From contig CP158636.1 in NCBI GenBank assembly GCA_050273025.1, forward strand, positions 4,898,001 through 4,962,000: a stretch of 64,000 nucleotides of DNA, written 5' to 3'. Both the position numbers and the translations under genes were made by a program. Every line of letters starts with the position of its first letter. Position 1 is the stretch's first letter. Positions 38,193 to 53,106 of this stretch are shown piece by piece. The notes under the pieces are model-generated. The model searched no databases. It saw only the letters and a list, made by a program, of their open reading frames with translations, and was not told where the DNA came from. Origin of the DNA: Cenococcum geophilum. Its lineage: Eukaryota.

Positions 38193-39681
38193 ATATAAGT
38201 TATAGATGGGGGTAGCTAGAGATAATAGGCTAGCTTACTAATTTATTCCTTAACTTAAAAGGGACCTAGGTATCTTATATTAAGCTTTTTTAATAGTTAA
38301 CGGGTCTTAATATTTGTTAAACGTAATAGAACCTTATCGCCTACTCCGAAATGCTTATTCTGGTGCTTGTGGTTATACTAAAGTCTCTACTACTCTTAGG
38401 CATCTTATAGGCTCTGCTTCGCATGCTTTTATTACTTTTCCTATTCCTAGAAGTATTCTTATACTCTTTAGTGGATGTTCTTAGACTTCCCGGTAGGATC
38501 CTATAACTAATTATACGGCCTTAGCTAGTAATCATTAGGTATATTATTAAACCTAAATAGTTAAACGCTATAGGTAATCCGGATTAGTGTATACTTATAT
38601 AATGCGTGTTCCTTTAAATTGTAAGCATACTCTATATACGGAAGTAGCTTATATTAATTATCTTACTAGTAGTTTAAATATATTTATAGGTAAGACTCTA
38701 GTTCCTAGTTCTAGCGTTTTATTTACCTATCCGTTTATAAATAGAAAGCTATATTATAATAGTAGTCTATCTTTAAATGGAAGTATAGGTCCGACTAGTA
38801 CTGGCTTATAAAGACGCTGCCCCTATTAATAATAATAAAGTGCGGCTAATCTACTTTAAGAAAGTATTTCTCCTTAATTAGGTTGGCTAGCACTTATGCG
38901 TTAATTATTTTATTAACGGGAAGGTATTAGACGTACTTTAAAAACCTATTAATAAGTACAAGGACTAAATTATATATTTATTCTTAGCTATCTTTAGATA
39001 GCAGGAGATCCGTAATAAAGTCTATAGCGTAATGTTATTATAGCTTACTAGCGGGAGGAACTAATTTAAGTAAACCCTATAGCTTATGCCTACGGATCTT
39101 ATATACTTAACACTTCTTATAATAGCTAATGTACTCCTTTACTTCCTAATTAAGCCTTAGCCAATAGTATTTACGCTAAAGTAATTTTACTGTCTTTGCT
39201 TAACTATAGTGGCCGCCTAAAGGATTATCGTAATTCTTTATAAGAATCTTCTATCGTAGATTTGCTTTTTATAGTACCTAAACCTTACTACCTTTACGTA
39301 GTAGGCCTATTAGGTCTAGTTTCTAATAGTGGCGCCTAGCAGCTTTTTTTTTCTATTACGTTTCCGGTTTATTTCCGTATTAAGGATAGTATAGAAAGCG
39401 TCCCTCTATTGCACCTTATAGATAAGATCTATTAACCTTTTAAATAGTTCCTAAGTAAAAGCTATTTTATTTTATACTGCTCTAAGTATAAGACTAAATA
39501 GTACTATAAATCTTATAACTCTTTAATGCGCGTATATTAGGAAGGCCGCTATAAGATTAAAGTCCTTTAGTTATTATAGGGCTCCGAGTTCTAATTACTC
39601 TATAGCTTTGCTATTAGCTTAAAGGGATAGCTTAGTAATTAGGGATAGTGTATTACTAGGTTCTAAGAATGTATTAGGGAC

Positions 39682-42600
39682 TATTACGGCACTAACCTAA
39701 CATATACTGTTTCATACTGTCTTATACTGTTCCCTATTGTTAGCTAGCCCACTACTAGCGACTTAGCGGCCGGCCCTACTATTTATATACAATACCCCCT
39801 TTCTACCTTCTTCCCCTCTTTATACCACAACGTAGTTATTTAGTCTACTTTATTATAGCACTGTAATAGTTTATGGTATCTTTAATTTACGCCCTATCGC
39901 AATTACTAATTCCTTATACCCTAGCTAATTGACCTCTACCCTAGAGCAATCGCGACCTATACGCGCCTTTACTAAAACTAATACGTCCCTAGCACAGTCC
40001 TAGAACAATCCTTAGTTTTTACCTAGCGCCTAAATAGGAAACACCAACGACGCTAAAATGGCCAAAACCTAAAACCCCCGCGACGTTTTTGTAGACCTCT
40101 TTATAGAGATATACCCTAATATCGCATAGACAATCCGCCGCTCCTTACTATACCCTAAGACCTTTAAGCCTAGCGAAGCTTACCTTACCCTTATTAACTA
40201 TACTAGTAAGTTCCTTAATAACATTAAAGCAGGACTACAGTGTATATATAATATAAATACCACCAATAAGAAAGCTAATAAAAACCTTAGTGCCCTTATT
40301 ACTTTCTAAATAGGAACTATTAACTCCTAGGTAGAGACTATTACCGTTCTAAAATAATTAACCCCTATAATAACGGTAGTAACCTAGCAGAAAAAACGGA
40401 GATCTAAAAACCCGCTAATATTTAGCGAAAAAGGCACCCTACTAGAATAATAAGCTAATTTTAAGACCTAGCATATTAAAATTAAGGGAGTCTTTAACCG
40501 GGACTAGGACTACTTTAATATAGTTTAGTCCTAGATCCTTTATATCTCGGATATACTAGAGGATAAGGCCTATAAGTTTATTAAGTAGGGCTTAGAGCTT
40601 ATATATAAGAACCTAAACAATATATCTGTATGGAAATGGCCTACTAAGGAAGATATGCTTAAAGACCTTACTGCCTACTATAAGGTCCTTAATATGACCT
40701 AGGTCGCAAAGAATAAGCTTAATTATTTTCCCTAGGGCGAGCGTAATTACTGGTCTTAGAAGGGAGAGCTTAATAAGCTAATAGTCCGCGCTAAGAAGAC
40801 AGATAAATAGAAGGTAGACCTATTTTAAAAGTTTATCTCTCTAAAGATAGAAGAGCTAGTACTTAGACTTACCTATAAAATTAATAACAGCAACTATATA
40901 GGTTAGAGTAAACAGATAGATATATTTACTAAAAACCTTGCAAACTATACACACTAAGCCAATCTTAAGAAAAACGCTAACTACCACCTACCTACCTAAG
41001 CCCCTGCCCCTATATTGACCCTAACCCTAGTAGTAATTAAAGAACCTATAGACCTTAATAGAATCTTAGATACGGAGCGTAAGCACTACGTTAATAATAG
41101 ACTATACCTTGCCTATAGCCTACCCGGCCACTAAAAGGATACCTATAACTTCGCTAAGATAGTAAACCTAGTTCTAATGCTACTCTATTAAATAAAGCAA
41201 ACTAATAACCGCGGACGTGGTAACTATAAAGTCTATTATAGACGCGGCGACCGCGGAGCCTATTATAGCCGCGGTAGATAACCTCCCCCCTTTAACCCTA
41301 CGGCTTAGTTACTCTAAACTATACCCTATATAGGAGCCTAACCCGTTAATAACACCTAGTATTAGTAACTTCGCGCTAGCAAATATAAACACAGCCACGT
41401 CGTTAGTAAGGTATTATCTTTCTATACCCTAACCAAAACTAAAACTAATACCACTAGCTAGATGGACACTAGACTACCCTACTAAGACAGCTCTATACCC
41501 CAGTCGTTAAAAGGTAAACCCTTAAACTAAATTGCGTTTAAGGGTCTAAACTATATAAGGAGGAAGACAAGAAAATTAGGTCCCTATTACTAGATTAATT
41601 AGTTCTTTCTATTAGTAAACTGCTACTTAATCTTAGATTAGTAAATAGTAACAAGAAATTAATCCTTATTTAAACCTAACTCTCCTTATTATATACCCTA
41701 TACCCCTAAGTTTATATTAATATAGTAAGCCTAATAAACTCCGGTAGTACTATAATAGCATTTACCGATGTAGAGTCTATTATAAGAAAGTATAACGTTA
41801 TAATTAAGAAGCTGCTAGCACCTAGGCCACTACGCCTCATAGATAGCATTCTAACTTCGCTTATTACGGACTACTTTACCGCCTAAATATTAATCGGCCT
41901 CTATACTAAAGCTATACTCTTTTTTATTACTAAACTCTTACTTACTACCCTAATTATCCTAGGTATACCCTAGCTTTAGAAGTATAAGCCCCGTCCCAGC
42001 TTTAGGAAACTTAAGATCCGCTTTAACTTGGACTACTACTCTAGGCACTACCTCCTATAGGGGATAACCGACATTAGTAGGGATGCCCTATATAGATATT
42101 TAGCACTACTAAGCCTAGTGCCTAGAACTATATATAAAGCCTTAATAGTAGAAGACGTTCCTAATAAAGGGGAGCCTATATAGCTGTAAAGAAACGAGAT
42201 AGTAGAAGACTAGACTACCCTAATACTTAAGACTAAAACAATGGGCTAGTTAGCCCTGCCGAGACCAAGAAAGAAGGTCCGCTTTACGCCGCTACTACTA
42301 AGAATCTAACCCTAACCTAGGCACTATTTAAACCCTAGCCGCCTAGCCTAATACCTAGAACTAAGCTATATACTATATACGTACACTACAGCTTACGTTA
42401 TAGTAAGGACTGGCTATAGAACTACTAAGACCTAAATAATAGAAACCGCGCCACCGTAACGCCTAACCTTATACTTATCTCCCGCGCGTACCGTATAGGG
42501 CCGCCGCCTCATTTCTGCCCCCCTAGGCCAACTAAGCTATACTAGCCTAGCCGTAGCATTAGAGAACTAGATACGCCCTAACCTAAATAATATTAAATAT

Positions 42601-45600
42601 ACTTGTGCTATTAATTTTACCTAGTTCTATAAACAAAAAGACGTAAAGGTAATAAGGATCTATATAGTGAAGTTAGTAGAACTAGTTAAATAAGATAAGC
42701 ACTAATAGCTACTTAAAGAGCTGCCTATAGGCCTAATAGAAGTACTAAACCTATTAAAAAGGTCTTTCCGCTAGCTAGTAGAAGGCGACTATATAATAAA
42801 GGAAGCCTATAAAGTGCTCCCCCCCTATTTCTACGACTTCCTTAAGATAAATCTAAAAACTAAACCCGAGCTTTTACGTTAGAAGATAGTTAACACTAAT
42901 ATTAAAAAATTCCTAAAAGGCAAACCAGAATTAACCCGCGAAAATATTCTATAACGCCTACTAAAGGAGTTTAGTAAATATATTAAGCACTTCTTCCCTA
43001 AAAACGTAGATAAGCTACCCCCTTACTAACTATAGGACTATAAAATTAAGATCACCCCTAGAAACTAGGCCCCGTATTATAAAAATAGACTACTCTTACC
43101 TGCTAAACTTAGGTATATAAAGAAGTGGATTAATAAGATACTGGATAAGGGTTTTATCTACAAATTAACCTTACCAGCTACTATACTACTCCTCCTTGCT
43201 GCTAGGCCTAGTAGTAGTATATAAATCTACTATAACTACTAAGGCCTAAACACAGTTACTATTAAGAATTAATACCTACTGCTACTAATCTATAAGACAT
43301 TTAACGCACTCTATAGTGCTAAATACTTTACTAAACTTAATATAATTATTGCGTTTAACCGGATCCGGATTATAGAGGGCTATAAATAACTTATAGCATT
43401 TATTACCCGGTTTAGACTCTATAAAATACTAGTTATACTATTTAGCCTCTATAACGCACCCGCTACATTCTAAAACTATATTAACTATATTTTATATAAC
43501 GCCCTTAATAACTACTACACTACCTACCTTAATAACGTCCTTATCTTTTCTAAAATACGCGCTAAGCACACTAAGTATGTAAATAAAGTTATTTAAAGAC
43601 TTAGCAATGCTAGACTTTAGATTAATATTAATAAGTCTAAGTTCTACTCTACTAAAATAAAATACCTTAGCTTAATTATCTTAACTAATAGCATAACTAT
43701 AGACCCTAAGAAGGTATAGGCCTTATAGGAATAGAAGGACCTAATATTAATTAAAGAACTATAACAATTTCTCGGCTTTGCGAACTTCTACTAATAATTT
43801 ATCTAAGGCTACTCTACCATTACTACACCTATAATAAAACTCTTAAAGAAGGATATTAAATGGCTATAGGGATTAAAACAAGCTAAATCGTTTAAGGCCC
43901 TTAAGGGAGCCTTTACTTTAGCACTAGTACTAGTATACTATAACTATATAAAGAAAACAGTGGTAAAGACAAACGCATTAAATTAGGCTTCTGGCGGAGT
44001 CCTTTTATAATATAATAATAACGGAAAATTAAGACTAGTCGTATTCTTCTCTATAAAGTACTTTACGCTAGAGTATAACTACAAGATCTATAACAAAGAA
44101 CTCTTAACTATTATTAAGGCTTTAAAGGAATAGTGTCCTAAGCTATAAGGGACTAAGGAGCTGTTTAAAATTATCACCGACTATAAAAACCTATAGATGT
44201 TTATAACTACTAAGCAGCTAAACTAATGCTAAGTCTAATAGGCAGAGTTCCTTTTATAGTTTAACTTTATAATTATATACAGACCTAGCAGTAAAGCTAC
44301 GCTCCCTAATACCCTAAGCCGGCTACTAGGAATAAGGCCTAAGGACACTAATAATAAACGCCTCCGCTACTAAGCCTAAGTTATTATACCGCCCTAAAAA
44401 GTTAACCCTATAATCTTAGAAGAATTACTATATAAGTCCCGTAACTCTAATAACGCAGAGTTTATAGCCGCTCTAGACCCTAAAATAGCTAAAAAGTTAC
44501 TAAATAAGTTAATTTAGCTAGAATACTAGGAAAACGAACTTATAAGAGATATAGTAGCAGCCCTACGTAATTAAAAAGCTCGCCGTTAGCCAAAGAAGAT
44601 TAGGAAATTACTTTATTATAATAAGTTAGAATATAGTATTATTAATAAACAGATTTACTTCCGCCAACATCTCTTTATCCCTAACGCCCTAGACTTCTAC
44701 CTAAAAGTTACTTATTACTCTTATAGCAGTGGCCCCGCTAGTTATCCTAGCTAGGTTAAAACTTTTAACCTCTTAAACTAAACATACTGGTGGCTAGGAA
44801 TCTCCTAGTTTATGGCTACCTTTGTTAAAGACTATACCCTATACTTTCGCACTAAGACCCCCTATTTTGCCCCGCCTAGTTTCCTAAAGCTACTAGAATT
44901 ACCTACCTACCCGTAAACTAATATCTTAATTAACTATATTATAACGCTACCGGTATACTAACGCCATGGTAAGGTATATAAATATATCTTTATTATTATA
45001 GACCGCCTAACTAAAATATAATACCTTGTTCTAGTAATAGGACTCTTAATAAAGGAGCTAGTTAATGGCTTTATTAATAACGTATATAAGCTCCATAGTA
45101 TACTAAGCATAATTATCTCTAATCACGGTATATAATTTGTTAGCAACTTCTAGTAATAACTAAGTAAACGCCTTAAGACAACCTTATAACTAAGCTTAGC
45201 CTAGCACCTAAAAATAGACGGCTAAACTAAAATTATTAATACTACCGTAAATAAATACCTCTATGCTTTTATTAGCTTTATATAGGATAACTAGGTTAAC
45301 TACCTACCGCTTACTAAGTTTACTATAAATAACTAAGTTAACAAAAGTATAGGCATCTCCCTATTTTTTATAAACTATAGCTTTAACCCTCGCCTCGGAA
45401 TCGAGCCTGCTGGCCCCTATTTACTAACACTATCAGTATAAGTAAAGAAGAAGTTCTTCTATGCAGACTCTATGGCCAACCGCTTTAAGCAGATATTAAT
45501 ATAGCTTAAGGCCCTAGCCTGGATTTTATAGTAACGCTATAAAGATAATACTAATACCCGTAGGGACGAGAGTATATTATTCTATAAAGGCAATATAGTT

Positions 45601-46597
45601 ATAGTTAGCTTAGAAAATATAAAGATAAATAAACCTAAGAAGAAATAGGACAACAAATAGGACGGCCCGTACCCTATACTCGCAGTATACTAAGGGGCAG
45701 TTATAGTAGACCTCCTAGACTATATCTAAGTAAATAAATCCTTTTATATATCTAAGGTCCGCCTCTAGGCTATTAAAGAGATCCCTAGCTAAGTAAATAT
45801 TAATACTGTAGAGCGTTATAATATATAAGGACGAGTAGTAGAGAGAGATAATGACGGCAATATAGAAGATAAATAGGAGTTTAAGAAAATCCTTAATGTA
45901 TATAACGAAGACCCCTAGGGCCTAACTTATAAGATTAAATGGAAATATTATAAGGATATAACCTAGCAGCTAGAGGAAGACCTAAAGGGTTACGAATAAG
46001 CTATACAGCGCTTTTATAAGCAATACCCTAAGAAGCTAGGACCCCCAGACTAGGTATAAGATAAGGAAAAGTTACGCTAAGGTTACGGTCGACTACCGTA
46101 TTAAAATTTGTGGTGGTTAAGATGTTATAAAACTTTAACTAGCGGTTAAAGTTATCTAATTAGCTAAATTCTCGCTAAAAAAACGCCACGCGGATTGATT
46201 TGGGTGGTAGTATAGAGTTCTACTAACCTTACTTACTAAACTAACCAATTAGGATTTTCTATACCTGGTATAGAAAATCACTATTAGCTTGGTTAAGGGC
46301 GGTAAGTAAAACTAATATCTTTATGGTAAAAAATAGGCAACCCTATACACTACCTATTTTTAAGTTATCTATTTAGTTTAGGGACCAAACCATCTAGGGG
46401 AAAGGAGTACTATTACGGCACTAACCTAACATATACTGTTTTATACTATCTTATACTATTCCCTACTATTAGCTAGCCCACCACTAGCGACTTAGCGGCT
46501 GGCCCTACTATTTATATATAATACCCCCTTTCCACCTTCTTCCCCTCTTTATACCATAACGTAGTTATTTAGTTTACTTTATTGCAGCACTATAATA
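39682..46597 (+). mobile_element. Full-length chromodomain Gypsy element E (6916 bp), RIP-degraded
   Basis: 187-bp LTRs 39682-39868 and 46411-46597; TSD GGGAC (39677-39681, 46598-46602); PPT GGGGAAAGGAG; RT AYLDDVLI ~43520; RNase H, integrase and chromodomain ~45870-46030. Confidence 0.93.
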
Positions 46598-49500
46598 GGG
46601 ACGTCCTATTTAGGTATATTTAGACCCTTATTAGCAATAAACTAGGTACTAGCTAGAACGTTAGTAAAAACTAATAGGGCTTATACCGCCTAAGACTTAA
46701 TATATAGAGCTATAGGTACTTAAGCATTCTATACCTAGAGCTTATTCTATAATATAGGGAGTAAGATATCTATTATCTATTTTCCTTCTCCTGTTTTAAA
46801 GCCTTTAGTATAGTCTGGCCGTCGTGACGGTTTATTAGTAAAGTTGTTTTCCCCTAGCTTATATTTAATCTTAAAATTAAATTGTATAAGCTCCTCTATC
46901 TATTTAGCTTATTAAGGTATAAGCTCCTTTATAGTTATAAAGTAGCATAGATTATAGTAATCTAAGAGTATATAAGTAGTATAGCTCGCATGCTTAAGGT
47001 AGTGTCGCCATTATTTAAAGCAGTTAACTATAGCTAGTAGTTCCTTATTATGGGTATAATACCTAATTTTAAGTCCCTAAAATTTTCTACTATAAAATAC
47101 TACTAGTTTTTAATAGAGCTGGGTAGCGTCTAGATGCCTATTAGGTTATAGTAGAATACTAATAAGGGCAAATTTTAATATATTAGTGATTATTATTAAT
47201 AGCTAATCTAGGTTGAAATGCTGTAGTAATAAAGCTTTTATAAACTTTACGTAAAGTTTTTAAAAGGCCTTTTAAACCTTTCTGGGCTATAACTATGGCT
47301 TATACTATTTAGTTAGTCCCTTTTTAATTTTCTTCCTTACTGCCTTTAAGCTTTTTGCTCCTTAGGTTGGGTTTTAAGAAGCTTCCGTAATATAGTTGGA
47401 TAGGTATTAAGTAATATTTAAGTAGTTATAGATAAAGCGCCTATAGAAATTAGTAAAGCCTAGAAATACTTAAACATTCTAATAGCTCTTTAGCTCTAGC
47501 CACTCCTAGATTATCTACACTTATACTAGGTCTATAACTATACCTATAGGTGTTATAATATAACCTAGGAACTTAACCTACTTAGTATTAAAGATATACT
47601 TTAATGCCTTGGCGTAAAGGCCCTAATTATCTAAACATTCTAGCACTTTACGGATATGTTGCTTGTGTTAATCCTCGTCTTCTAAGTAGATTAAGATATT
47701 ATCTAAATAAATGACGTATATACGGTCAACTAGTCCCCCTAAGGCTCTGTAAATATATAATTAGAATGTTGTAGGCGTATTAGCTAGCCCGAAAGGCATT
47801 ACTAGATACTTAAAGTGGCTGTATTAGGTCTTAAAAGCGGTCTTTTACTTATCCCCTTCTTTAATATAGAGCCTATAATAGATCTAGCTTCGTAAAGATC
47901 TTCGCCCTAAATAGTTAATCTAGCATTTTACTAACTAGTGGTAGTAGGTAACGGTTCTTAATTATAATCTTATTAAGACCGTAATAGTCTATATATAGCC
48001 TTATAGTTCTATCTAGTTTTAGAACAAAGAGGATTAGTATATCTAACGGCAACTTATTAGGCTAGATCTACCCCTTTTCTAGTAACCTATTAAGGTACTC
48101 CCGTAGGATCTTAAGCTCTTTATATTAGAGGTTATAAATAGGAAGGTTTAGTAGTTGTTTGCCTTTTTTTAGATTAATTATATAATCGTACTCTAAGTTC
48201 TATGGTAGGACTTTAGCTCTCCTACCTAAAAATACCCTTAGTAAGTCCCTTAGGTCTATTAGAATATTTAATAAATTAGGGTCGCGTTTGTTCTCCGCGT
48301 TATTATTAGGTAGATTTTAGAGCTCCCTTAGAATACTCGCGGGTAGTGTTATATGCTATAGTGGTTGCTTATATATAGTTGCTACTATACGTTAAACCGT
48401 TTTATACGGTAGCTAGTAGAGGGTAGAGAACTCCTTAATATAGCGTTTAAGGTGTTATAGTATACTCTTTATATATTACTTAAGCCAGAGTAACCTATAG
48501 CGGTTAAAGTATCTTATAAGATCCTTAAGATCGCCGCCTCTCTATAATATCTCCGTAACCTATCCAGTAGTTCCCTATAGGGTCTTTATTATAAAGGGGT
48601 TATTATCTATATTAGGCTTTATACCTATCTTACTATTAAATAGGGGTTAGATCCGATACTCCTTTAGGTATAAGGCGTATACTATTTCGCCTAGGGCTAT
48701 ATTCTCTAGGATGTCCTTTAGGCTTATTAGTAATATATACCCTTCCAAATCTTTATCGTTCTACTATTTAAAGGCTCCTATCTTAAAGCGTATCTTAAGA
48801 TCTACTTTTATAAGCTAAGGGTATCTAAGGATAAAGTTATAGCCTACGAAGTTAGCTGCCTAGAAGGGTTGCGGGCCAACTACCTTAGTGCGGTTATGTA
48901 TGTCGGCTACTAATACTATAAGCTTATAGGCACTATATAGCTTAATCTAATACTTATCTAGGAAGCCTATAATAGGTTTCCGCCACCTTTATAATGGGAT
49001 AAGTTTATGCTCTTTTACTAAATTATATTATATAAGATTAATTTCAGCGCCGCTGTTATATAGTGCTTAGAACTAATATACCTTACCTATAGGGAGTGTT
49101 ATTTCTAGCTTAACAGCGATATAGAGAGTCTCTCCTTTTATATCTTGCCCTAGTTGCAGCTAGGAAAGGTCCGTAACTAGGGCTTTTTTTTTAGATTATT
49201 AGTGCGATTATCGCCCTACTTGTTTTTCTAATAGGATCTGCCTCTAGAGTTTTCTCTTAACTTCTTAGAGTGTTCCTATAAAGGTGCTAAATAGGTATTA
49301 GATTGGCCGCGGGAGTCTTTCCTATTATTTAAGGTTTCTAACTTTAACCCTTCTAAAGTTCTCTTTAAGAACGGCTTTTTTAAAGGTTGGGTCTACCCTA
49401 CGTTACTACTAAAGTACCTACGCTTTTAGTAACCCCTTAGCTTCTTACCAGAAGAGGTCTAGTTTCTTACTATATCTTTAGCGTTTAGAACTGCTCGTTT

Positions 49501-50400
49501 AAAATCCGTATATATAATAATCCGTAATAGGGCTCCTACGCGCTTTATTTTATTATAAATTGCTAGCTTAATTTTAGCCCAGATAAACCCGATCTTCTCC
49601 TTCTTATAAATACTACCGTCCTTATTTTTAAAGAACTCTAGATTTATCTGCTAAGCATAAGTTTCTATAAAGTTTATAAACTAGCGGAAGTTATGGCGGT
49701 CCAGCTATATCCTATTCCAGAATAGCTCTGCATTATTATATTATACGATATATAGATCTTAAGTCTATTTCTTTAAAAAGGTTTACAGCTGTGGCTATAT
49801 AGTAATTTACTTTTTATTAAGCTAATTAAGTATAATCTAGTTTAGCGATTAGTCTTTAATTTTACTAATAATTTAGTATATACGCTTTTTGGTATTATCT
49901 TATATTATTAGCATTTTAAAGAAGTTGTCTACCTTACAAACCTAATTATCTAACTACTGGGTATTAGGTCTATGGCGAAGTTCTAGACTATTAGAGGCCT
50001 TAGCCAGTTAGTCTATATCCTTTTTCCATTTATAGCGTAGATAACTCTCTAAGTCTTTTATATCTCCTTAGGTAGGTACTAGGTAGCTTTTAGAAAGCCC
50101 TTAACCTTAATTAAGTTATAAAAGAATTTACCTAGCTTAAATTAAACCCTATTAGATTTGGATTTACCCTTAAAGGGTTCTAATATGTTTATTAGTGGCT
50201 TCCTTCCGCATAGCTTTTAAGAGCCTTGCGACAGCTTCCTAATATCTATCTTAAAGGAGATTAGTATAGGGCTCTTAACCTTCTAAACTTGGGCCTAAGG
50301 AAGCTCTTACTATAGAGGTAGTGTTAATACTAATAGCTAGTGTAAGCTTTGTAACAAGGCTTAGGTCTTAAGTTAGTAATTAGCTTAGATTACCTAAACA

Positions 50401-50633
50401 TCAGGATTTTTTTTTTGGGGCTCGTTGTTGCGGTTTGCGGCAGGTGGATATAGTCGATAGCAATTTGCGTAAAACGCACGTTTTGCAACAAAATCGCAGC
50501 ACCTAATAGCAAATTGCGGCAAAATGCTACCCCTATAAATAAATTGCAGCAAAACGCTACCCTATAAATAAATAGCGCGCAAACTGTACAAATTGTAAAA
50601 ACTGTACGAATTGTACGAATTGTAAAAACTGTA
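50401..50633. repeat. Short tandem-repeat block of unknown origin
   Basis: Two copies of GCAAAAYGCTACCCTATAAATAAAT (~50519-50574) and about six 9-bp AAAYTGTAC-like units (50581-50633). Confidence 0.7.
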
Positions 50634-50913
50634 ACGTAAGTACTGAGCGAGCCGTCACACTACAGGGTATCCGACCTCCGGTATCCCCCCCCCCAAGGTG
50701 TGCGCGCGACACACACCTAATTTCGCTACGTCTGCAGCTAAATTAGTATGTAGAGCTAGCAGGAAGGGGTGTAGTACATGGCCAGGGCTTGAGCCACGGC
50801 CCACTTCGACCTGGAAGCTCAAATTTGAAGCTATTCTAAACTTCTCTCCCTTACTAAAAATCGTGATATCTGCTTCGGATCGTAGTGTTATAAAGTTTCT
50901 TCCTCTTCTTAAT

Positions 50914-52662
50914 ATGAGCTCCAAACGCCCTACTGCTGCCTCTATAGGTAGTCCCTCCAGCCGCCCACCTACTTAGCGATTTCGACCGTTATTAGTATTA
51001 CCCTGTTAACCTCCTGTGATATAGAGCTTAAGTATAAGTACGGTCGTCAATATTCTACCTATATATAGTAGTTAACTTGGTATACAGGTTAACTACCCTC
51101 TACTGCTAATATATAGCGCCCTACCTGCATTATAATAAGCTGCCTTATTTGCTGCCGATAAGCTTAATAAGATCCTTAATAATCCGGAGGCTGCTAAGGA
51201 GCATAATAATAAGGAAGTTTAATACTTTTATCTACCGCAGGAGCAGAATATAGTAAGAGCTCCGCAGCGCCCGTAACTTATATAGTGTGCGAATATAGCT
51301 CCCTCCATATTGCCAAGTCAACCGCTTGCTGAGAGGTCTTAATCGCCAGAGGCTCCGACATCTGAGGCTTCGGTAGAGGATAAGGAGGAGTTAATTCTAA
51401 GGCTTTAAAGAGAAGTAGAGGAACATATAGTAAGGCCTTTGGGGGGAGGCTCCTTCTTTAAGTATTGCCTACTGGTGTTAGTAAAGGTTATAAAGCCAAG
51501 TCGCTTAACTCCTATATTGGCTTATACGTTTCCTACGGCTCGCCTTAGCCTCTTAGTAATATATAATCGCGAGGTTCTTTATAGAATTAATGAGGCTCTA
51601 TAGTAGAAGTTCACTGGCCGTACTTTCTAAAGGAAGTTGTGCAATGCTATAGTAAAGCTTACTAGGCGATCAAACTCTACTAAATCTACTTTCTAGCTTA
51701 ACCCAAGCCGTATAATTAATTGGGCTGATTCCAAAGGTGAACTTGTAAGGATTGCAAGACGGTGTCACAATTGGGGTGACGGCTTAATTAAGCGGCTTAA
51801 AGTTGAACTGGCTCTAGAATATATTAAGATAATTAAGTAGTAAGTTACCCGTGTTCCTACCCGTTCCTCTATAGTGTCGTAATTAGCTTTATAATCGGCT
51901 TCAGAATCTTCGCAGAGCTCTTTACTAATTACGTCATAGCCTCTAGATGGCAATATTACTACTTCCTCTACCGCTCCTAAAACAAGCTTTGTAAGAGTAT
52001 CTCGACGGTAGTAGTGTCGCAAAAACTGCGGTAGTAACTAGTGCTGGGTATATTAGCAAGTCAACTATAAGCTAATGCAGGAAGACATAAGAGAATGGGG
52101 TAGAGCGATTGACGAAGGCTATACTACTGAGAATAATCCTCTAATTAGCTTAGCCTAAAAGCTTTTTAAGAGGAAGACGGGTAATAAGAAGAAAGAGTAG
52201 CTTACCTCTAAGGCCTCTACACCAAGTACTCTAGGCGTTATAAATTAATTCTATATTAACCCAATTGGCAGTCGCTATAGGCGCCTATCTACACCTCTAG
52301 CAGCTTCGCTCTTGGACTTAAAGTCGTCACCAATTGCCCCTCTACTACGTACTTGAGGCGTTAATTGGCTTGCAGATTTAAGAGAGTATTTTAAGTGGTA
52401 TAAGAAGGCGGTAGAGGACTCGGAGGCCTAGTAGTAAGATATCGAAGCCGTATATCAAGTTGCCTTTACTAAGCGGTGGGACTTAAAGATAATTAGAGAG
52501 CAGAAGCTAAATAAGTAAGGAAAGACGCTAAATAAAGTAATAATTAAGGAAGGCGTTCCAGAGGCAATTGCTGAGAGATTGTAAGCAGATATTAAGGAAT
52601 GGAGGAGCTTAAGAGGCGTACTTGGTGGCGATCTAGAGAGCCTTAGGCTTAACTAGCAGTAG
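50914..52662 (+). pseudogene. ORF2 of element G (~580 codons, unknown function), RIP stops
   Basis: ATG at 50914 (MSSKRPTAAS). Frame readable after de-RIP, including WWCRKNCGSNQCWVHWQVNHELMQEDIREWGRAIDEG..TEN.PP (~52010-52145) and EYFEW...WDLE.IRE...L.ADIKEW. Confidence 0.65.
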
Positions 52663-53106
52663 ATTTTTAACTTAAGTGTGCGCCTGCTTGTGGGCACCTA
52701 TTATAATATACGCTTTAGCAGTAATTCTTATATAAATTAAATCTTGCAGGTTTAAAATTATAGCAACGCTTTCCTCCATATAGTAACAATACCCTATTAT
52801 ATTATAGAATCTCACACCTCCCCCCTAATATACCCGCTATGGAGGAAGTGAGCTCTTACGTTCTTACTTTTACTTCCTATAATCTCTATATACTAACTTA
52901 GAAAGCTATTAAAGCTATTACCCCACTGCTCTGGCGCCTCCTTTTTAGTGTAGGCGAAAATAATCTGACGGTCAATATTATTGGCCAATATTTGGTATTG
53001 GCCAATATCGCTAAATTACCCAATATCGGCCAATATCGGCTAATAATTCTTGGCATTCCCCACAACCCTAAATTTCTTTTATAATATTTATTATATATAC
53101 AATAAA

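Larger units (their letters stand above)
28056..50400 (-). mobile_element. Ty3/Gypsy family C (3' LTR 28056-28272), host to elements D and E, 5' LTR missing
   Basis: LTR followed by a pyrimidine tract (PPT on minus strand); chromodomain ERYEVEAIL...VKWLGWPAENSTWEPE ~31690-31800; integrase 38198-39676; RNase H/RT/protease/gag 46603-50400. Confidence 0.85.

Noticed and set aside
50655..50976. Near-identical ORFs MCARHTPNFATSAAK... here and at 57390-57602
   Set aside because: Translations of the two TIRs of element G from GTG starts, not genes.
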